Origin: an uncultured Desulfobacterales bacterium
Lineage (GTDB): Bacteria > Desulfobacterota > Dissulfuribacteria > Dissulfuribacterales > JAMONC01
NCBI GenBank assembly: GCA_964578585.1
Contig: CAZODM010000002.1
Location: 540 to 64,539 of the forward strand
Length of the DNA stretch: 64,000 nt
Reading direction: 5' to 3'
Position 1 is the stretch's first letter. Every line of letters begins with the position of its first letter. Both the position numbers and the translations under genes were made by a program. Below the pieces are notes generated by a model. That model was not told where the DNA came from. It did no database searches and worked only from the letters and a program-made list of their open reading frames with translations. Of the stretch, positions 17,950 to 27,656 are shown piece by piece.

Positions 17950-19299
17950 TTACTCCCCCAATATATCTTCTTCTATCTCTACTGGTATGCTTAAAATGAC
18001 AATAGTTCCAGATGGCTTACGGTCTTTTATCTCAATTTCTCCACCAAGGGCATCTAGCTGTCTTTTTACAATAGCTAACCCAAGCCCTGTCCCCTTTGTT
18101 TTATTCGTTACAAAGGGTTCAAAAACACGATCTCTTATATCCTTTGGAATACCAATTCCATCATCTTCTATAACAAGCTTTAGAGTATTACCATCTAACC
18201 ATATCCTAAGCCAAATATTGCCTTCTTTTTTATTTTCCATTGCTTCTATGGCATTTTGTATAAGGTTTAGTATCATCTGCATCAGTATGTTTTCATCTGT
18301 AGTTACCTGTTCATCTGTACAGTTTATATGAAATTTTATATTGTCTAATTTGTCTAGAAACATCATCTTTATAGATTCACAAAGCCCTTTTATGTTAAAA
18401 GTTGAATTTTGAATCTTCAAAGGTCTTGCATAGGCAAGGAGATTATTGGTAAGATTTTCTAGTCTTTGGGCCTCTTTAACAATAATTTTCATATCTTCTT
18501 TTAAGGAGTTATTATCTTGAGTTTCAAGATGATATTGAGCAAAGCCCTTGATACTACTTAGAGGATTTCTAATCTCATGAGCAAGTACAGCAGACATTTG
18601 TCCTAATGCTGCAAGCCGTTCTTGATGTTCAAGCATCTTTTGTAGTTTTATGTTTCTATTCCACATCCAAATAAAGAAAAAGCTTATAAGCCACAATATA
18701 ATCAGAGAAATGGTTATTAATATAAGTTGTACATTTGCACGTCTTACAATTGACTGGGCTGGATATGTATGGAGAGCTACTCTTAAACAATAAATATCAT
18801 GAACAGAGGACTTCTGTGAACCTGAAAGCTTAAGTGGAAAATCTAAAACAAAAACCCTTTCTCCTGTGGCAAGTATTTCAAAGTGAGTGCTTGGATGTTC
18901 GTCTTTTATAACCTGTTTTATTCGTATATCCCATATCTTTTTACCAATTAGGTGAGGATTTGAATGTAATATTATTCTTCCTTTATAATCATATAAGGCT
19001 AAAAACGCTAAGTCTTCCCATCTATCAGAGTTGACTATCTTTTGAAAAAGCCTTTTTTGGAATCCATTCCTCTCTATTGAAAATCCTACATTAACAGCTA
19101 TATCTACTGCATGGGTTTCAAGAAGATCTTTTGATCCCTGTATAGAAATCTGATATGTCCCTATAGCACTTACAAGAGCTACTATGGTAAACAAAAACAA
19201 GATAAAGATAAAAAGATGCGATATGCCCTTTGAAACAGCCATATCCATCCACATAGGTTTTATAGGTTTTGTATTATATGATGTACTAAATTGTTTCAT
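17950..19299 (-). CDS. Membrane sensor histidine kinase (HisKA + HATPase_c)
   Basis: Two TM helices flank a ~160-aa extracytoplasmic region. H-box LAHEIRNPLSSIKGF, N-box NLIQNAIEA, and G-boxes DDGIGIP and GTGLGLAIV. Confidence 0.9.
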   Translation of the reverse strand: MKQFSTSYNTKPIKPMWMDMAVSKGISHLFIFILFLFTIVALVSAIGTYQISIQGSKDLLETHAVDIAVNVGFSIERNGFQKRLFQKIVNSDRWEDLAFLALYDYKGRIILHSNPHLIGKKIWDIRIKQVIKDEHPSTHFEILATGERVFVLDFPLKLSGSQKSSVHDIYCLRVALHTYPAQSIVRRANVQLILITISLIILWLISFFFIWMWNRNIKLQKMLEHQERLAALGQMSAVLAHEIRNPLSSIKGFAQYHLETQDNNSLKEDMKIIVKEAQRLENLTNNLLAYARPLKIQNSTFNIKGLCESIKMMFLDKLDNIKFHINCTDEQVTTDENILMQMILNLIQNAIEAMENKKEGNIWLRIWLDGNTLKLVIEDDGIGIPKDIRDRVFEPFVTNKTKGTGLGLAIVKRQLDALGGEIEIKDRKPSGTIVILSIPVEIEEDILGE

Positions 19300-19381
19300 A
19301 TCCCTGGCTTTCTATTGACAAATATATAAAGAAGACTCAAGTAATAAAGAAAACATAAGCCCTGGTTAAAGGAGCAAACAA

Positions 19382-20344
19382 ATGTCACGCAGCCTTCCTT
19401 TTTATGCTATTATAGCAGCTATTTTGTTGGTTATCTTTGAAATACTTCTATTTTGTCGCATAAATTTTGTAATGAACTATTTCTACATGCTTGCATGGTG
19501 GCCCTATATATTCTTAGCAGATGGTATAGTAAGGTATAAAACTGGTACATCTATTTGGACTCGGTCAAAGAAGTCTCTATTATCTCTTTCTATTTGGTCT
19601 GTTACGGTCTGGTTAATCTTTGAGTTATATAACTTAGTAATGAAAAATTGGCACTATATAGATATTGTACCAAATAGATGGATTAGGTGGCTTGGATATA
19701 GCTTAGCCTTTGCTACTGTACTTCCTGGGCTTTTTGAGACCTATGAACTTATAGGCGCCTTTAATATCTTTTCTTCTGCAAGGCTTCCTAAGTTTGAAAT
19801 CACAAAAAACTTGGAAGATATCTTGATATTAATTGGTATATCTTTTCTTGTATTTCCTATAAGTTTCCCTAAATATTGTTATCCACTTGTTTGGGGTGGT
19901 TTTGTATTTTTGTTAGATCCAATAAACAGAAGAATGAGAGGAAGAAGTTTTTTATCTGAACTTTCTAAAGGAAATCTAACTAAGGCATATCAAATGCTTC
20001 TTTCTGGTTTAATCTGTGGTTTTTTGTGGGAGTTTTGGAATTACTGGGCTGGAGCAAAATGGATATATACTGTACCTTTTGTTGGAAATATTAAACTCTT
20101 TGAGATGCCTGTAGCTGGATTCTTAGGATTTCCACCTTTTGCCCTTGAATGTTATTGTATGTATGAATTTTTAAGACTTTTGGGCATTGCGCTAGATTGG
20201 GAAAACAATAAAACTAGCCCACCATTTTTATGGGCAAAAAGGATATATAACTATGGTTGGTTACTTTCTTTGAGCTTTCAGATTCCTTTTTGGTGCTATA
20301 CTTTTTATCTGATAGATAAGTTTACTGTTATTTCATTTAGATAA
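19382..20344 (+). CDS. Polytopic membrane protein of unknown function
   Basis: 320-aa ORF with multiple Trp/Phe-rich hydrophobic helices; no family recognised by eye. Confidence 0.55.
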   Translation: MSRSLPFYAIIAAILLVIFEILLFCRINFVMNYFYMLAWWPYIFLADGIVRYKTGTSIWTRSKKSLLSLSIWSVTVWLIFELYNLVMKNWHYIDIVPNRWIRWLGYSLAFATVLPGLFETYELIGAFNIFSSARLPKFEITKNLEDILILIGISFLVFPISFPKYCYPLVWGGFVFLLDPINRRMRGRSFLSELSKGNLTKAYQMLLSGLICGFLWEFWNYWAGAKWIYTVPFVGNIKLFEMPVAGFLGFPPFALECYCMYEFLRLLGIALDWENNKTSPPFLWAKRIYNYGWLLSLSFQIPFWCYTFYLIDKFTVISFR

Positions 20345-20354
20345 AAGTTCTAAA

Positions 20355-22898
20355 CTATCTTCTACGTCCACAACAGTGTTTATATTTTTTACCACTTCCG
20401 CAAGGGCAGGGTTCGTTTCTACCAATCTTTCTACCTTTTCTTCTAACAGTCTTTGGTTTTGCAGGTTGATCTTCTCCGTGGCTATAAGTAAGTTGCTTTT
20501 GTTGTTCTCTACGCCTCATCTCTTCAAGTTGTGCAATTTCTTCTTCTGTCATAGGACGTACTCTTAAAAGCATACTAACTGTTTGTTCTTTAAAACGATC
20601 AACCATTTCCATAAACATCTCGTAGCCTTCTTTTCTATAAGCCTGAAGAGGATCTTGCTGTCCATAGCCACGAAGTCCTATACCTTCTCTTAGATGATCC
20701 ATGTTAAGGAGGTGGTCTTTCCAAAGGGTATCAAGTATCTGAAGCATTAAATAACGCTCTACTTCCCTCATACCCTCTTCACTAAAGCGTTTTTCTTGTT
20801 CTTCATATGCCTTAAGTGCTGCTTCTACTATCCTTTCTTTTAACTCTTCTTGGCTTATTTCCTTTTTTTCATCCTCAGATATCTGAAGCTCTATTCCATA
20901 CTCACCCTGAAGTCTATCTAAAAGGCCTTTCCAGTCCCATTCCTCTGGTGCCTTTTTATCATGTGTGTAATCTTCTACTAGAAAATCTGCTACATCTTCT
21001 ATAAATCCAATAACAACATCCTTTAGGTCTTCACCTTTAAGTATTTGTTTTCTTTGACTATATATCACCTCCCTTTGCTTGTTCATAACATCGTCGTATT
21101 CAAGGAGGTGTTTTCTTATTTCAAAGTTTTGTGCTTCGACCTTTCTTTGAGCATTTTCTATAGCTTTTGAAAGAAGGTTGTGTTCAATTGGTTCCCCTTC
21201 TTTCATACCAAGTTTGTCCATTATGCCAGAGATCTTCTCTGCACCAAATATTCTTAAAAGATCATCTTCTAGGGATAGATAAAACCTTGATGAGCCAGGG
21301 TCTCCTTGACGTCCAGAACGTCCTCTTAACTGATTGTCAATTCTTCTTGACTCATGACGTTCTGTACCAATTATATGAAGTCCACCAAGTTCTGCTACTC
21401 CTTCTCCTAAGACAATGTCTGTACCACGGCCTGCCATATTGGTAGCGATTGTTACCCTTCCTTTTTCTCCTGCATGGGCAACAATTTCTGCTTCTCTTTC
21501 ATGGTGCTTAGCATTTAATACCTCATGTTTAATGCCCATGCGCTTGAGCATCTTGGAAAGACGTTCAGATTTTTCAACACTAGTTGTACCAACTAGTACG
21601 GGTTGGCCCTTTTCATGAAGTCTTTTTATCTCTTCAGCAACAGCTCTGAATTTTTCTTCTTCTGTCCTAAATACTACATCAGGATAGTCTATCCTGATCA
21701 TGGGCTTATTGGTTGGAATTACAACAACATCAAGGTTATATATCTCCTTAAACTCTGCTGCCTCTGTATCTGCTGTACCAGTCATACCAGCAAGCTTTTC
21801 ATACATCCTGAAGTAGTTCTGGAATGTAATGGAGGCTAATGTCTGATTTTCGCCTTCAACCTTTACCCCTTCTTTTGCCTCAAGAGCTTGATGTAGTCCT
21901 TCACTAAAACGTCTTCCTGGCATAAGACGACCAGTAAATTCATCCACAATAATAACTTGGCCATCTTTTACTATATAATCTCTATCTCTTTGAAACAGAG
22001 TATGTGCTTTAAGTGCTTGCTGTACATGATGGAGTAGTTCAGCTTGACTAGGATCATAAAGGTTTTTTACGCCTAAAAGCTTTTCACACTTTGCAATACC
22101 TTCTTCTGTAAGTGTGGCAGTCCTAAGTTTTTCATCAATGTTATAATCAATATCTTTTTTAAGATGAGGTATGATTTTATCCACTCTGTAATAGAGTTCT
22201 GTAGACTCTTCTGAAGGACCAGAAATGATAAGAGGAGTTCTTGCTTCATCAATTAAGATACTGTCAACCTCGTCAACTATGGCATAGTAATGATCCCTTT
22301 GAACCATGTCTTCGAGGGAATATTTCATGTTGTCCCTTAAATAGTCAAAGCCAAATTCATTGTTGGTCCCATAGGTAACATCTGCAAGGTATGCCTTTTT
22401 TCTTTCAGCATCTTCCATATCACTTACAATCACACCAACTTCAAGTCCTAAAAATCTATATATTGCTCCCATCCACTCAGCATCTCTTTTGGCTAAGTAG
22501 TCATTTACAGTAACAACATGTACACCACGTCCTAACAGGGCGTTTAGATAAACTGGCATTGCTGCAGCAAGGGTTTTTCCTTCACCAGTTTTCATCTCAG
22601 CAATCTTTCCTTGGTGAAGTACGATTCCACCTATAACTTGTACATCAAAGGGCCTAAGGCCAATTGTCCTCTTTGACACCTCTCTTACAACAGCAAATGC
22701 TTCAGGGAGTAAGTCATCTAGGCTTTCACCTCGTTCTATTCTTTGTTTAAACTCTGGAGTCTTTGCCTTTAGTTCATCATTAGAAAGTTTTTGTATCTTG
22801 GGTTCTAATTCATTCACCTTTTGTAATATTGGACGTAGTTTCTTTAATTCACGATCGTGTTTTGTTCCAAAGACTTTTGTTAATAGATTTGTTAACAT
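20355..22898 (-). CDS. secA: Preprotein translocase ATPase SecA
   Basis: 847 aa: [21 protein letters not shown], Walker [29 protein letters not shown], and the C-terminal zinc finger [14 protein letters not shown]. Confidence 0.97.
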   Translation of the reverse strand: MLTNLLTKVFGTKHDRELKKLRPILQKVNELEPKIQKLSNDELKAKTPEFKQRIERGESLDDLLPEAFAVVREVSKRTIGLRPFDVQVIGGIVLHQGKIAEMKTGEGKTLAAAMPVYLNALLGRGVHVVTVNDYLAKRDAEWMGAIYRFLGLEVGVIVSDMEDAERKKAYLADVTYGTNNEFGFDYLRDNMKYSLEDMVQRDHYYAIVDEVDSILIDEARTPLIISGPSEESTELYYRVDKIIPHLKKDIDYNIDEKLRTATLTEEGIAKCEKLLGVKNLYDPSQAELLHHVQQALKAHTLFQRDRDYIVKDGQVIIVDEFTGRLMPGRRFSEGLHQALEAKEGVKVEGENQTLASITFQNYFRMYEKLAGMTGTADTEAAEFKEIYNLDVVVIPTNKPMIRIDYPDVVFRTEEEKFRAVAEEIKRLHEKGQPVLVGTTSVEKSERLSKMLKRMGIKHEVLNAKHHEREAEIVAHAGEKGRVTIATNMAGRGTDIVLGEGVAELGGLHIIGTERHESRRIDNQLRGRSGRQGDPGSSRFYLSLEDDLLRIFGAEKISGIMDKLGMKEGEPIEHNLLSKAIENAQRKVEAQNFEIRKHLLEYDDVMNKQREVIYSQRKQILKGEDLKDVVIGFIEDVADFLVEDYTHDKKAPEEWDWKGLLDRLQGEYGIELQISEDEKKEISQEELKERIVEAALKAYEEQEKRFSEEGMREVERYLMLQILDTLWKDHLLNMDHLREGIGLRGYGQQDPLQAYRKEGYEMFMEMVDRFKEQTVSMLLRVRPMTEEEIAQLEEMRRREQQKQLTYSHGEDQPAKPKTVRRKGRKIGRNEPCPCGSGKKYKHCCGRRR

Positions 22899-22950
22899 AG
22901 CTACCCACTCTTTTTAGAATTGTTTTAATATTATTATCGTTTGATTTTTA

Positions 22951-23403
22951 TCAAAGTTCTATCATCATTGCAATCTCATCACAGTCAGGGAACTTAGGGC
23001 ATTTTATACAGTCTGCCCAGACCTTATGTGGTAAAATAGATTTATCTACTACAGAAAAACCAAGCTTTTTAAAAAAGTTTGGTTGATATGTAAGTGTAAA
23101 TACTCTATATATCCCAAGCGTAATGGCCTCAGACAGACAGTGTTCAACTAAAATTTTACCAATTCCTTGGTGTTGGCAAGGCTCTAGTACTGCCAAAGAT
23201 CTAACTTCAGCCAGGTCTTCCCAACAGATATGAAGAGCAACTACTCCTCCTATACTACCATCTTCACACTCAAACACAGTATAGTCTCTGAGATGATCAT
23301 AAAGCTCGCTTAGAGACCTTGGTAATAAAAGACCTTTTTCTGCAAAGTGAGAAAGTATCTTATGTATGGTTTTTATATCTGAAATCTTTGCCTTTCTAAT
23401 CAC
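22951..23403 (-). CDS. GNAT-family N-acetyltransferase (short ArgA/N-acetylglutamate-synthase-like)
   Basis: 150 aa with the acetyl-CoA motif (QHQGIGKILVEHCL). The overall pattern resembles short amino-acid N-acetyltransferases. Confidence 0.75.
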   Translation of the reverse strand: MIRKAKISDIKTIHKILSHFAEKGLLLPRSLSELYDHLRDYTVFECEDGSIGGVVALHICWEDLAEVRSLAVLEPCQHQGIGKILVEHCLSEAITLGIYRVFTLTYQPNFFKKLGFSVVDKSILPHKVWADCIKCPKFPDCDEIAMMIEL

Positions 23404-24100
23404 TATTTATCTCTACAATATAAGATTTAAGTCCTTCTTTTTTAGCAAGACGTCTAGCAAATGCCATTGCCTCTTGCATTGTATTAAATTGTCCTAAGTA
23501 TACCCTATACCATACACCTTTTTTAGGTCCTAAAAATACCTTTACAACTTTTGAATCATATCCCTTACGTCTCCAGCGCCTTGCCTCTGAAACCGCATTA
23601 TCCTTTTCTCTATAAGAGGCTATTTGTAATACAAAATATCTTTTTGGAATACTCTTTTTAGTAGTAATAGTAGTTGAAGTAGCATTAGTTGAGGTAGTGT
23701 TTGATATGTTTTTATTTTTACTTGAACTAAGACCAGGTGTACTAGTTTGATTGCCAGCTTGTTTTAGAGAATAAAAAGATTTGGGAGCAAGAGGGCTTTC
23801 TTTTACTTTAGTATTTGTTTCATTTGAACTTAAGTTTTGATTAGTAGAGTTAGATGTATAATTTAACTTACCAGTAGTTGTTGTATTTGTGGTGTTTTCT
23901 CCTGGAAGTGGTGGTGGAGACATAGTTGCTATTTTAGGAGCTAAAATACCTGTTTTGGCAGGCTTTCCTACAATCTTTTGTCCTACCCATAATCCTAGTA
24001 TAAACATCCATAAAAGGGCACAAAAGCTAGATATAATTATAGCTATCATACCACCCCATCCAAATTGAAATTGAAACCTACGGCTGGATTTTTTTGCCAT
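23396..24100 (-). CDS. SPOR-domain membrane protein
   Basis: N-terminal TM helix, an S/T/N-rich linker, and a C-terminal SPOR domain (YFVLQIASYREKDNAVSEARRWRRKGYDSKVVKV...WYRVYLGQFNTMQEAMAFARRL). Confidence 0.85.
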   Translation of the reverse strand: MAKKSSRRFQFQFGWGGMIAIIISSFCALLWMFILGLWVGQKIVGKPAKTGILAPKIATMSPPPLPGENTTNTTTTGKLNYTSNSTNQNLSSNETNTKVKESPLAPKSFYSLKQAGNQTSTPGLSSSKNKNISNTTSTNATSTTITTKKSIPKRYFVLQIASYREKDNAVSEARRWRRKGYDSKVVKVFLGPKKGVWYRVYLGQFNTMQEAMAFARRLAKKEGLKSYIVEINSD

Positions 24101-24109
24101 AAATCCCCC

Positions 24110-25771
24110 TTACATCTTTTCTGGAGCGTTTACTCCTAAGAGTTTAAGTCCTTGTGCAATAATTGTCTTTACTGCCATTGCAAGAAGTAGTCTCGCTTGA
24201 GTAAGTTCAATATCATCACTTATAAATCTATGTTTTGCATAATATGTATGCAATAATCCAGCCAAATTTGTAAGATAATAACTTATATGATGGGGTTCTA
24301 GGTTTTGAGCACTTTCTTCAATCACATCAGGAAATGCACTTAGATATTTTAATATCTCTATTTCTTCTGGTTGGGATAAAAGAGTGGTATCTATATCCTT
24401 AGGAGATCTTAAGACTATGTCTTGTTCCCGTGCCATTTTTATAACACTACACATACGAGCATGGGCATACTGAACATAATAGACAGGGTTTTCCTGACTC
24501 TTTTTTCTTGCAACATCTAGATCAAAGTCCAAATGGCTATCATGTCTTCTTGTTAAAAAGATAAATCTTGAAGCATCTCTTCCTACATCATCTAATAGTT
24601 CCCTTAGTGTTATAAACTCTCCAGCGCGTGTAGACATTGCCTTTAGCTTTCCCTGTTCTAGTAAATTTACCAATTGAACAAGAAGTACACTCAATTTTTT
24701 AGGATCATGGCCAAGAGCTTCTACAGATGCCTTTACTCTAGCAACATATCCATGGTGGTCTGCTCCCCATATGTTTACTAAAAGATCATATCCTCTATCT
24801 AATTTATGTTTATGGTAGGCAATATCTGAAGCAAAATAGGTAAGGGTTCCATCTGCCTTTTTTACAACACGGTCTTTTTCATCACCATATTTGGATGAAC
24901 AAAACCAAAGGGCACCGTCTTTTTCATATATTTCGCCCTTTTGTTGTAGTTCGTCTAGGGTCTTTTGAACTAGTCCAGTTTCATGAAGTATTTTTTCTGA
25001 AAACCAGGTGTCAAATTTTACTCCAAAGTCTTCTAGGTCTGTCTTTATCCCTGAAAGTATTACTTCTACAGCAATATTTATAAATTCATGTAAACATTTT
25101 TCTAAAGGAGTATTTAAGTATTTATCTGCCCATTTATCTTTTGCGATCTTAGCAATATCTTTTATGTATTCACCTTGATAATAATCTTTTGGAAGTTCTA
25201 TCTTTTCACCAAATAGTTCTTTATACCTAAGATAGACTGAGCCCCCCAAATTTCTCATTTGATTTCCAACATCATTTATATAGTACTCTGTTTCTACATT
25301 AAAACCTGCGGCCTTTAGTACTCTGGCTAAACTATCTCCAAGGGCAGCACCTCTACCATGACCTATATGAAGGGGGCCTGTTGGGTTTGCGCTTACAAAT
25401 TCAACTAAGACCTTTTTATCTTTTCCAACATCTCCTTTAGAAAAATCTTGAGGGTTAAGCACTATATCTCTTGATATTTCTTGCCATATTTTGGGGTCTA
25501 TGAACATGTTTATAAAACCAGGGCCAGCAATCTCTATTTTATAAAAAAGGGGATCTTTTTCCAGTAAGGGGACAAATAATTGAGCAATTTCTCGTGGACT
25601 TTTTTTGAGTTTTGGAGCAAGGGTCAAGGCTAAGTTAGTTGCAAAATCTCCATGTTCTTTTTGTTTTGGGATAGATACCTGAAAATTTATGTCTAAATCC
25701 TTTGGCAAAAGATCCTTTTTTATTCCTTCTAAGATGGCATTTTTTATAGTTTTAACAATTCTTTTTTTCAT
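24110..25771 (-). CDS. argS: Arginine--tRNA ligase
   Basis: 553 aa with the HIGH-type motif (SANPTGPLHIGHGRGA), an MSTR loop (KAMSTRAGEF) and the class I anticodon-binding C-domain. Confidence 0.96.
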   Translation of the reverse strand: MKKRIVKTIKNAILEGIKKDLLPKDLDINFQVSIPKQKEHGDFATNLALTLAPKLKKSPREIAQLFVPLLEKDPLFYKIEIAGPGFINMFIDPKIWQEISRDIVLNPQDFSKGDVGKDKKVLVEFVSANPTGPLHIGHGRGAALGDSLARVLKAAGFNVETEYYINDVGNQMRNLGGSVYLRYKELFGEKIELPKDYYQGEYIKDIAKIAKDKWADKYLNTPLEKCLHEFINIAVEVILSGIKTDLEDFGVKFDTWFSEKILHETGLVQKTLDELQQKGEIYEKDGALWFCSSKYGDEKDRVVKKADGTLTYFASDIAYHKHKLDRGYDLLVNIWGADHHGYVARVKASVEALGHDPKKLSVLLVQLVNLLEQGKLKAMSTRAGEFITLRELLDDVGRDASRFIFLTRRHDSHLDFDLDVARKKSQENPVYYVQYAHARMCSVIKMAREQDIVLRSPKDIDTTLLSQPEEIEILKYLSAFPDVIEESAQNLEPHHISYYLTNLAGLLHTYYAKHRFISDDIELTQARLLLAMAVKTIIAQGLKLLGVNAPEKM

Positions 25772-25959
25772 TTGTTAACCTCAAGACTATATAAATTCTT
25801 TTAAAATGATAAATGTGACGCCAATCTTTAATATTACTTCTTCTTTTATGCAAGAGTATTATTAACTTAATGGGAAATAAAAATAGTTATTACATGAGTT
25901 AATTTTTTTTAAGAGAGTATAATGCACTCATTTATTAAGACAAGTTTTTACATTTATGT

Positions 25960-26650
25960 TTTTATAGTTATTTAAGACAAGACAAGAGATTGCTAAAAGA
26001 GAGAAGAAATGGAGGCAGAAAAAGATTATTTTGGAGGGAAAAGTAAGAGCTGAATTTAATAATAAAAAATACTGTGATTAGGATACAGAAAAGAGGAAAC
26101 AAAGAATGTAAAATAGTTAAAAAGTTAATTCAAACTCGCTGCTAAATATATCTATAGTAAAAGACAAAGAGAGGGAGTCTGATTGATACTTACAAGTTCA
26201 AGGGTTATGATGGACTTATTAGTATAAATTCAGATATGATAAGGATAGAGCTCACACAAGATTCCTATATATTATTTAGGAATTAGGATAGAAGGGAGTT
26301 ATCGCTATGCAATGGTTAATTAACAGAAGCTTTATGTTATTATTGTTTTGGTACGCTATTAAAATAGCTTAAGTTTCATACAATAATAGATTTGATAAAA
26401 GATAAAAATAGTAGATGCTTATTAAGGGTAAAAAGAATTGAGTAAGGAAGTGTCAGTCCAATTATGTAAATAAAAACAATTTAGGTATAGGGGCTAGAGA
26501 GAGCAATAGAGGCAGCATTTCCAAAGACAGATAATAACACCAGATCAGGAAGTTACTAAAATTGGTAACATGGAAGTAGAGGTAGAAGGGCTTTTTCTAA
26601 GTATGAGTCCTTGCTCCTTGCTAAGGAGCCTATATTTAATGAGATAAAAG
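25960..26650 (+). mobile_element. Decayed IS256/Mutator-family transposase gene remnant (many stops and frameshifts)
   Basis: Ordered family motifs are readable across shifting frames. In order: LLKER/EEMEAEKDYFGG (LEAEmdehLG block), SLIDTYKFKGYDGLI (flDa.y.kvR.dG), KGVIAMQW...FWYAI, GLERAIEAAFPKTD (DGLkGl.eAIe.vFP) and IRKLLKLVTWK*R*KGFF (HqIRNslkyvs.kdrk). No intact ORF remains. Confidence 0.7.
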
Positions 26651-26694
26651 CCCATATCTGCTTCCTTAAATATAATCTTTTATCTCTTGCCTTT

Positions 26695-27081
26695 TTATTT
26701 TTCATCAAGCTCTAGCTCCTCTAAAGCATCTTCGTGCTTTTTATATGCCTTAGACATATCTCTAAAAGTGACCACAAAAATCCATCAAAACTTGCTCTCT
26801 TAGGGGTAAGGGAACAATAAGATACTTATCTTGATGCTCAAACTCTAGAAGAGTTTTTTATCTTTAAACCTTAAAAGAGCTCTTTTGCAGCTTCATTTAC
26901 ATCAGAGAAGTATTGTAGTATAGATAGGTTTAGGGTCTTTGCAAACTTACGAGGTCTTGGGATTAAAAGACTTATCGTTTTCATTTAAGATCTCGGGGAT
27001 AAACTCTCTTTTATCTACAAAGTAGCAGTCTTTTCCTATAAGCTTTCTAAAATTACTCTCCCTTATTGGCGGCCTTTTCAT
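26695..27081 (-). pseudogene. Frameshifted, truncated stub of a predicted AAA-ATPase (AAA-ATPase_like/PD-(D/E)XK family) gene
   Basis: The minus strand from ATG 27081 reads MKRPPIRESNFRKLIGKDCYFVDKREFIPEILNENDKS. After a +1 shift it reads LLIPRPRKFAKTLNLSILQYFSDVNEAAKELF*. Both match the family N-terminus (...yYVDKt.fI..ll......lltRPRRFGKsLnlSmL.yFf). A full-length member would be roughly 500 aa. Confidence 0.7.
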
Positions 27082-27269
27082 AGATACTCCATAACTTAGA
27101 TATTTCTAAAAATTATAGCGACTAAGGATAAATAATTTCATTTTACAGGAATAAAAAACAAGTAAAAGGATTTATCTTAGATTATCAAACGGTAATGTTG
27201 TAGTCATATTATAGTAACACACAGTTAATATTTATGTATGAAAATTAAAGGGATTATGCTGAGGTCTAT

Positions 27270-27656
27270 ATGAGAGCTAAACATATAACCAGTTTGGACT
27301 ATTTAAAAGATAATATACATCTAGTGTTTGACGAATTTATTAATATGGTTCTTAATACCAAGTGCTATGTTCATATTGTTGGTAAGATACGAAGATTTTT
27401 TATAGTTCACTTTAAAAAACAATATTTAAGAGAGCAACTTTTAGCCCGTAGGGGTAAGTGTAATAAGTGCGGAATGTGTTGCAATTTGTTATATACATGC
27501 CCAATGTTAAAAAAAGATGGCAGGTGTCTAATATATGGCAAATGTAGGCCTAAAGTATGTAAGGTCTTTCCTATAGATCAAAGAGATATAGATGAGATTA
27601 GGATGTGTGGTGGAATATGTGGATATTATTTTGAAGATATTAAATCAATTAGATAA
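27270..27656 (+). CDS. YkgJ-family CxxCxxCC zinc/iron-chelating domain protein
   Basis: 128 aa and Cys-rich, with CNKCGMCC (CxxCxxCC) plus downstream Cys pairs. Its 3' end overlaps the convergent ABC ATPase gene by 12 nt. Confidence 0.7.
   Translation: MRAKHITSLDYLKDNIHLVFDEFINMVLNTKCYVHIVGKIRRFFIVHFKKQYLREQLLARRGKCNKCGMCCNLLYTCPMLKKDGRCLIYGKCRPKVCKVFPIDQRDIDEIRMCGGICGYYFEDIKSIR

Noticed and set aside
19300-19381. A TGGCTT...TTGAC string between the kinase gene and the membrane-protein gene that resembles a sigma-54 promoter.
   Set aside because: GG-N10-GC spacing fails because the -12 position reads AC rather than GC. The TTGACA is more simply a sigma-70 -35 element.
26307-26372. A 21-codon hydrophobic mini-ORF (MQWLINRSFMLLLFWYAIKIA) with a GGGAG Shine-Dalgarno sequence, which looked like a type I toxin.
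   Set aside because: It falls inside the decayed IS256-type transposase remnant. The peptide corresponds to the family's G.kevLgmW...FW..vl block read through in one surviving frame. The homologous stretch in the second remnant (about 54640-54700) is disrupted, so there is no evidence it is a gene in its own right.
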